DNA of 64,000 nt, taken from positions 288,001-352,000 of the forward strand of contig JBJBCN010000003.1 of NCBI GenBank assembly GCA_047285805.1. The letters run 5' to 3'. Positions 59,291 to 64,000 of the stretch are shown here, one piece after another. The translations under genes and the position numbers were made by a program. Under the pieces are notes generated by a model that worked only from the letters and a program-made list of their open reading frames with translations, searched no databases and was not told the origin of the DNA. Numbering within the stretch: position 1 is the stretch's first letter; every line of letters starts with the position of its first letter. This DNA comes from Synechococcus sp. (GTDB lineage: Bacteria; Cyanobacteriota; Cyanobacteriia; PCC-6307; Cyanobiaceae).

Positions 59291-61033
59291 ATGGATCAAA
59301 CTGATTCAGGGCAACTTGAAATGAACATGTTGATGCAAACCGATAAGTCATGGCAAGAAAGGCATGCCCTGCTCGTCGCTGCAGTGGTGGCTGGGGTCGT
59401 CGTTTGGCTACCGCTGGGAGCCTACGGGGTTCCACTCGACACGCCAGATGGCTTTTTACATTTGGGGTGGGCCGTGGCTTGGGCAAAGGCCTTCCAAGGT
59501 GGCTGGTTTTGGCCAGTTTGGAGTGATCTGCCCTGGGCTGGAGCAGGCAGTCATGCCCTATTGATCTACCCACCTCTATTCAGGCTCCTGGTAGGCATTC
59601 CGCTGGTTGCCGGCGTCCCGCCAGACCATGCCCTCGCCAGCGGCTTGCTGGTGGTGACGTTGGTCAACTCGGTGGGTGCCGCAGTGCTCGCCCAACACTG
59701 GTTAAGCCCAGGGAAATGGCGCTGGTACCTGCTAATAGGGGCGGTCCTCAACCCCTACTTCCTGGTAAACCTCTATGTCCGGGGGGCCTGGCCCGAAGCC
59801 TTGTCTCAAGGATTGCTGTGGTGGCTAACCCTAGGCCTACTGGGGCTGAAGCAAGAGAGGCGCTGGGGTATCGCTCTCAGCAGTCTAACCCTGGCTGGGG
59901 TGATCTTAAGCAACTGGAACGCCAGCTTGCTCACAGCTCTGATCTGGCTGATGGCAGCTGGAGTGGTCTTGCAGGGATTGAGGCAATGGCGAAGTTGGCT
60001 CTGGAGTGGAATCCTGGCCCTGGCTGTGACGTCACCGTTCTGGCTTCCAGCACTCTTGGCCTTGCCGACCGTTAGGCCTCCAATTCCAGAAGGTCTGCTA
60101 GCCGGGGAATTCTTTGGCTCAGGCCAAGCCGGACAGTACAGCTTCGGGCGCTTGATTTGGATTCAAGCCGTGGTGATCGGCGCGATCATCATCAGTCGAT
60201 GGCTGGGGTGGAACCGCTCAGTTGATCCCATTGGGCGCTGGGGACTGATTCTCGCCACAAGCGGTCTGGTCCTGATGCTCCCTGTGAGTGCATTTGTTTA
60301 TGAACTCGTGAGTCCGCTGCAGCGGATTCAATTCCCGTGGCGGTGGCTTAGTCCAACCTGGATGGGCGCCTTGCTCTGGTGGGCCTCAGTAGGGGTTCAA
60401 CCCAACGCAAGACTCAGCCGGTCGACATGGAGACGCGTGGCCTTGCTACTGGCTGCGCTGGTTGGAGTTGGCGCATGGTTCGACTCACTCTGGAGGTTTC
60501 GCACAAACCTCATCGGACATGCACCAAGCCGTGAGGAAATCCAGGCAAATCGGAAGCTGTTGGCCTGTGACCCCCTAGTTCCTTGTCCAACAGGGGTTGG
60601 AGCGCTGCCAAGCACTGGAGAACTCAGCAAACGATTTAAAACGACAAGCGATGGGCGAATCGCCCTCTCTGGCGTCCCTGACTACAGCCCCGCAGAGATC
60701 CCAGAGAGCTCGTGGAACAAAAGGCTAAACATTTTTTGGCTGCCTAACTGGCCTCAGAGGGAATGGTCATCTTTCTCCGGGTCCGGCACTGTCAAGATGA
60801 CATTCAAATCACCGACGGAGCGGCGGTTGCTGGTGGACGCAAAAACCGCGGGGAACTTGAGACTGATGCAGTGGTCAGATCCACGCTGGCGAGTGCTGGT
60901 CAAGCCAGCGGATGGTTCAAGGGCTTGGAAGCGAAGACCTCTCGATGCAACACGCGATCGACAAGGATGGATCATGATTCGGTTGCCGGAAGGCACTTGG
61001 GACGTGGCCTTGCGCTACAGCTATGCACGCTGA
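59291..61033 (+). CDS. YfhO/PTPS-related-type polytopic membrane protein (predicted GT-C)
   Basis: DGFLH, GAGSHALLIYPPL, NPYFLVNLYVRGAWPE, IQFPWRWL and a C-terminal beta domain. Start uncertain (several ATGs). Confidence 0.68.
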   Translation: MDQTDSGQLEMNMLMQTDKSWQERHALLVAAVVAGVVVWLPLGAYGVPLDTPDGFLHLGWAVAWAKAFQGGWFWPVWSDLPWAGAGSHALLIYPPLFRLLVGIPLVAGVPPDHALASGLLVVTLVNSVGAAVLAQHWLSPGKWRWYLLIGAVLNPYFLVNLYVRGAWPEALSQGLLWWLTLGLLGLKQERRWGIALSSLTLAGVILSNWNASLLTALIWLMAAGVVLQGLRQWRSWLWSGILALAVTSPFWLPALLALPTVRPPIPEGLLAGEFFGSGQAGQYSFGRLIWIQAVVIGAIIISRWLGWNRSVDPIGRWGLILATSGLVLMLPVSAFVYELVSPLQRIQFPWRWLSPTWMGALLWWASVGVQPNARLSRSTWRRVALLLAALVGVGAWFDSLWRFRTNLIGHAPSREEIQANRKLLACDPLVPCPTGVGALPSTGELSKRFKTTSDGRIALSGVPDYSPAEIPESSWNKRLNIFWLPNWPQREWSSFSGSGTVKMTFKSPTERRLLVDAKTAGNLRLMQWSDPRWRVLVKPADGSRAWKRRPLDATRDRQGWIMIRLPEGTWDVALRYSYAR

Positions 61034-62000
61034 TCGACACCAAAAAGAGCCTCTCTTGAGCGCAGTCATCCCGTTCCTCAATGAGGAGGAATGCATCCCT
61101 GCCTTGATTGCAGAGCTGGATGACAGTCTGAGCAATCTGGGCATCACCTTCGAGCTAGTTCTCGTTGATGACGGAAGCCGAGATCAGTCTGTAGCGGTGG
61201 CAAAAACAGAGCTGAACAAACGACCTCAGATCAAAGCCACCGTCATCAGCCTGTCTCGGAATTTTGGGAAAGAGGCTGCACTCACAGCAGGTCTTGAGAC
61301 CGCTGATGGTGATGTGGTTGTTCCTCTTGATGCCGACCTTCAGGACCCACCCGCGATCATCAACGAGATGCTGGACCGCTGGCGTGAGGGCTACGACGTT
61401 GTCTATGCCGTCAGGCGGCAAAGAGCGGGAGAAAGCAAAACGAAGCGTTTTACCGCCTACGGCTTCTACAGGCTGATGGGCCAGTTAAGCCAAACAGGAA
61501 TCCCCGCTGATACAGGTGACTTCAGGCTGATGGATCGCTGTGTTGTGGATGCTCTACTCAGGCTGCCCGAACGGAGTCGCTTTATGAAGGGCCTGTTCGC
61601 TTGGGTTGGCTTTCGACAAACCGCGATTTATTATGACCGAGATCCACGAAAGCTCGGTCAAACCAACTGGAACTATTGGAGACTTTGGAACTTTGCCATT
61701 GACGGAGTCACCTCCTTCAGTCGGATGCCGCTGCAGGTTTGGAGCTATGTAGGCCTCCCGATTGCACTGCTTGCCTTAGGTTACGGAGGGTGGATGGTTC
61801 TACGCACACTGCTGTTCGGGATTGACTTGCCTGGCTATGCATCCCTCATGACGGCAGTGTTATTCCTGGGCGGGATTCAGCTAATAGGGATGGGAGTTCT
61901 AGGTGAATATCTCGGGAGAATCTTCGAAGAGGTCAAGCAGAGGCCCTTATACCTAGTCAGGGAAAAGTGGAAGTCCAACGATGGATATATACAAGATTAG
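61023..62000 (+). CDS. GtrB/ArnC-like polyprenyl-phosphate glycosyltransferase (GT2 plus 2 C-terminal TMs)
   Basis: IPFLNEE, VDDGSRD, LSRNFGKEAALTAG, DADLQDPP, TGDFRLMDR, GEYLGRIFEEVKQRPLY. Confidence 0.92.
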   Translation: MHADRHQKEPLLSAVIPFLNEEECIPALIAELDDSLSNLGITFELVLVDDGSRDQSVAVAKTELNKRPQIKATVISLSRNFGKEAALTAGLETADGDVVVPLDADLQDPPAIINEMLDRWREGYDVVYAVRRQRAGESKTKRFTAYGFYRLMGQLSQTGIPADTGDFRLMDRCVVDALLRLPERSRFMKGLFAWVGFRQTAIYYDRDPRKLGQTNWNYWRLWNFAIDGVTSFSRMPLQVWSYVGLPIALLALGYGGWMVLRTLLFGIDLPGYASLMTAVLFLGGIQLIGMGVLGEYLGRIFEEVKQRPLYLVREKWKSNDGYIQD

Positions 62001-62026
62001 TCAGAAAGACTACGCAAAGGATTTTG

Positions 62027-63490
62027 CTACTTCTTGCAAACCACGATGCGAAGTCCCTGGCATTGATAACCTCTCAACCGAGCCACTTTGGCAATGTTTT
62101 CTGATTCCGTGAATTCGTCAGAGCCCCCATAAGAGAAAACAAAATTCCTTAACTTCTGCAATAAGTTTGCAGGAGCCTCGGCGAGCTGAACGGCGGGGGT
62201 AATAAGAATGTCATATTCTTTGTCTACGAGATCTTTTTCACGGTAGAAGATTTCTCGCCTACCAGAAAAATGAGAAGCTATTCTCTCATGTGCCCAGACA
62301 CTAAGGTGAGGAGAACTAAATTCTATTTCGTAGTGAAACAGCGAGGGGGCCAAGTGCCAATGTTGCAAGTACCGAGTAGGGAAGAAAGACCATTGCGTTA
62401 ATAACAGGAAGGATAGTACCGAAGAAGCCAGGTATAGACGAATTCTCGCAAGCGAGTAAGCACAATAATCGAGAGAAGCCGAGCTCTTAGCGGAATCCAA
62501 TGCAGCCAGCATTAAAAAGATTAGAACTGGAATTTGATATTGATAAATAGGGCTCCGCATTACATCAGCTTCAGACAATATATTAGCGAGTAGCAGCGGG
62601 CCAGCAGCAGCAGCAGCTGGAATGATTTGAGGCCAACGATAAAGTGCAAAAAAAGGAATCAATAGGCTTGATAGATAAAGAAAGGAATCGCGGTTAACGC
62701 ACGCACTCCAAAAATCAGCAGGCCTCATGAAGACCGAGGCTAGTATGTCAACATAACTATCACCCAAGTGGCCATATCGAGAGTTTGCATAACTCTGGTA
62801 TGCGTCAACGATGCTCGAGGAGAATGCGAAATAATACAAGGCAAAACCCATGACGGCGGTGGAAAGCCAGAAACGACGCCGAGAAAATGAGTAAATAGAA
62901 TAACCAATTGCAAAGAAAGCCATGGCCTCCTTTGAAGCTACGAATAGCATCAACAAGACAACCGAGACAATATATTTTTTTCTACGGAGAAAGATAAGCG
63001 AAGCGAGGCCCAGAAAAGAGAACGCAACCTCAGGATGGAAGTCATTTAATGCAGAATTAATCAGGAACGGATTTACTAAAATACCAATGGTGACCAGCCT
63101 TCGAGATGCTCTAGAAGAAGAGGATTGAAACAGCTCTCGGAGAAAGAGAGTCGCCAGCAAAGCTAAACCGGCTGATTGAACGAAGAGAAGCGTATAAGCT
63201 GAGGGTAAGAATCGAAAGAGCTGTCCTATAGGAATTAAAAGCAATGAGAAGTGATCGCCGAGAGCAGGTTTGATGAATTCCGTAAGAGAAGAGGGGGCCC
63301 AGAATTCTCCGATTCCTGACAAGTAAGACCATTGAGTAAAGAGTCCAAGGTCATAGACTCCTGACTGCAGACTAAAGTGCCTGAAGAATGAGAGCGAGAT
63401 ATAAAAAGATAAAAACAATAAATAAGTGGGGAGAAAGTATTTCTGTTTCTGAAAAGCATCTCTCATATGTGGCTCCAACTCAATGGTCAT
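62027..63490 (-). CDS. Second DUF2079-type membrane protein (predicted GT-C)
   Basis: VYDLGLFTQ, LGDHFS, NDFHPE, KE, YQY motifs. Confidence 0.72.
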   Translation of the reverse strand: MTIELEPHMRDAFQKQKYFLPTYLLFLSFYISLSFFRHFSLQSGVYDLGLFTQWSYLSGIGEFWAPSSLTEFIKPALGDHFSLLLIPIGQLFRFLPSAYTLLFVQSAGLALLATLFLRELFQSSSSRASRRLVTIGILVNPFLINSALNDFHPEVAFSFLGLASLIFLRRKKYIVSVVLLMLFVASKEAMAFFAIGYSIYSFSRRRFWLSTAVMGFALYYFAFSSSIVDAYQSYANSRYGHLGDSYVDILASVFMRPADFWSACVNRDSFLYLSSLLIPFFALYRWPQIIPAAAAAGPLLLANILSEADVMRSPIYQYQIPVLIFLMLAALDSAKSSASLDYCAYSLARIRLYLASSVLSFLLLTQWSFFPTRYLQHWHLAPSLFHYEIEFSSPHLSVWAHERIASHFSGRREIFYREKDLVDKEYDILITPAVQLAEAPANLLQKLRNFVFSYGGSDEFTESENIAKVARLRGYQCQGLRIVVCKK

Positions 63491-63608
63491 TCAAGTATAC
63501 AAAGAAATGGCCTGGAAGGCATGAACTTTATGAGGCAGAGTATAGGCAGGGCAGTTTGCTCGAATAAGATAGGTATGCAACCGCAAAGTCAACGCAAAGA
63601 GCGACACC

Positions 63609-64000
63609 GTGCAATTGAAGAAGCTTCTCAACATAATACTGTACGGCTTTGTCCTCTTCTTTTGTGCAGTTTTCGTCTTTAAGTCTATCTATAGTGCAGG
63701 GCTTGTGCATGAGCCTAAGAAGTCTGGAACGGATGCCGCAGGATATTCAATTTTATCCAAGCAAATCCGTGACGATAAGTTTCTGAACAAGTTAACGGCT
63801 TCACCCAAACCAAGCAAGCTTGAAAAAATTGCTATTCAAGTTGCGCGCGATAGCAAAGAGAGCCCTAAGAAGTGGGAAACAGGATTGGCCCCAAATTCAT
63901 TCCGATACAATTCAAACCTGTCTAGGAATGTGTCCCAATATCCCTTGGGGACTTCGTACTTAATGTCTTTTTTCCCAAGTCAGTTAGAAGTCAGGGCGCT
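63609..64000 (+). CDS. Membrane protein, possible GT-C, 3'-truncated by the window edge (absent from the ORF track)
   Basis: Manual translation from GTG 63609: MQLKKLLNIILYGFVLFFCAVFVFKSIYSAGLVHEPKKSGTDAAGYSILSKQI...SQYPLGTSYLMSFFP..., open to nt 64000. Confidence 0.6.
   Translation, partial: MQLKKLLNIILYGFVLFFCAVFVFKSIYSAGLVHEPKKSGTDAAGYSILSKQIRDDKFLNKLTASPKPSKLEKIAIQVARDSKESPKKWETGLAPNSFRYNSNLSRNVSQYPLGTSYLMSFFPSQLEVRA

Larger units (their letters stand above)
19264..64000. other. Cell-surface polysaccharide/glycosylation genomic island (continues beyond the window)
   Basis: Abrupt GC drop after psbL/psbJ; more than 35 consecutive glycan-related genes; patchwork composition; no integrase or tRNA seen. 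Confidence 0.85.

Noticed and set aside
63467..63710. Short ORFs 63467-63682 (+) and 63528-63710 (-)
   Set aside because: Better explained by the longer + frame starting at 63609 that runs off the window.
1..64000. CRISPR arrays, tRNA/rRNA, IS elements, integrases, prophage or anti-phage defence genes
   Set aside because: No spaced direct repeats, cloverleaf-like sequences, or recombinase, transposase or nuclease motifs were seen. Short RNAs could be missed without a covariance-model search.

Overview
This window comes from a picocyanobacterium (Synechococcus/Cyanobium type), judged from protein similarity and gene order. It has two parts. (1) About 0.5-19.3 kb is GC-rich core genome: hisB, fabI, a split photolyase-like gene pair, a thioredoxin-fold protein, a DegT aminotransferase, a CPD photolyase, NUDIX, folK, chlD, mlaD/mlaF, yvcK, ndhCKJ, rubredoxin, ycf48 and psbEFLJ. 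Two AT-richer surface-glycan genes sit at its edge or within it (1-536 and 5837-7072). (2) About 19.3-64 kb, continuing past the right edge, is a compositionally mosaic cell-surface glycan island directly after psbJ. It holds an initiating sugar-phosphate transferase, many GT2/GT4/GT61 enzymes, CDP-6-deoxyhexose, UDP-xylose and GDP-fucose pathways, one flippase, two related Wzy-like polymerases and a WaaL-like ligase. It also holds about nine polytopic membrane proteins that look like GT-C (lipid-linked donor) glycosyltransferases, clustered near one GtrB-like polyprenyl-phosphate glycosyltransferase; one of these is fused to a GT4 domain. The most notable observations are this GT-C array, the split photolyase with an Fe-S-like cysteine pattern, and strong orientation-independent G/C skew in the foreign DNA. 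I saw no tRNA, rRNA, CRISPR array, transposase or integrase. All family calls come from motif recognition by eye; no database search was run.
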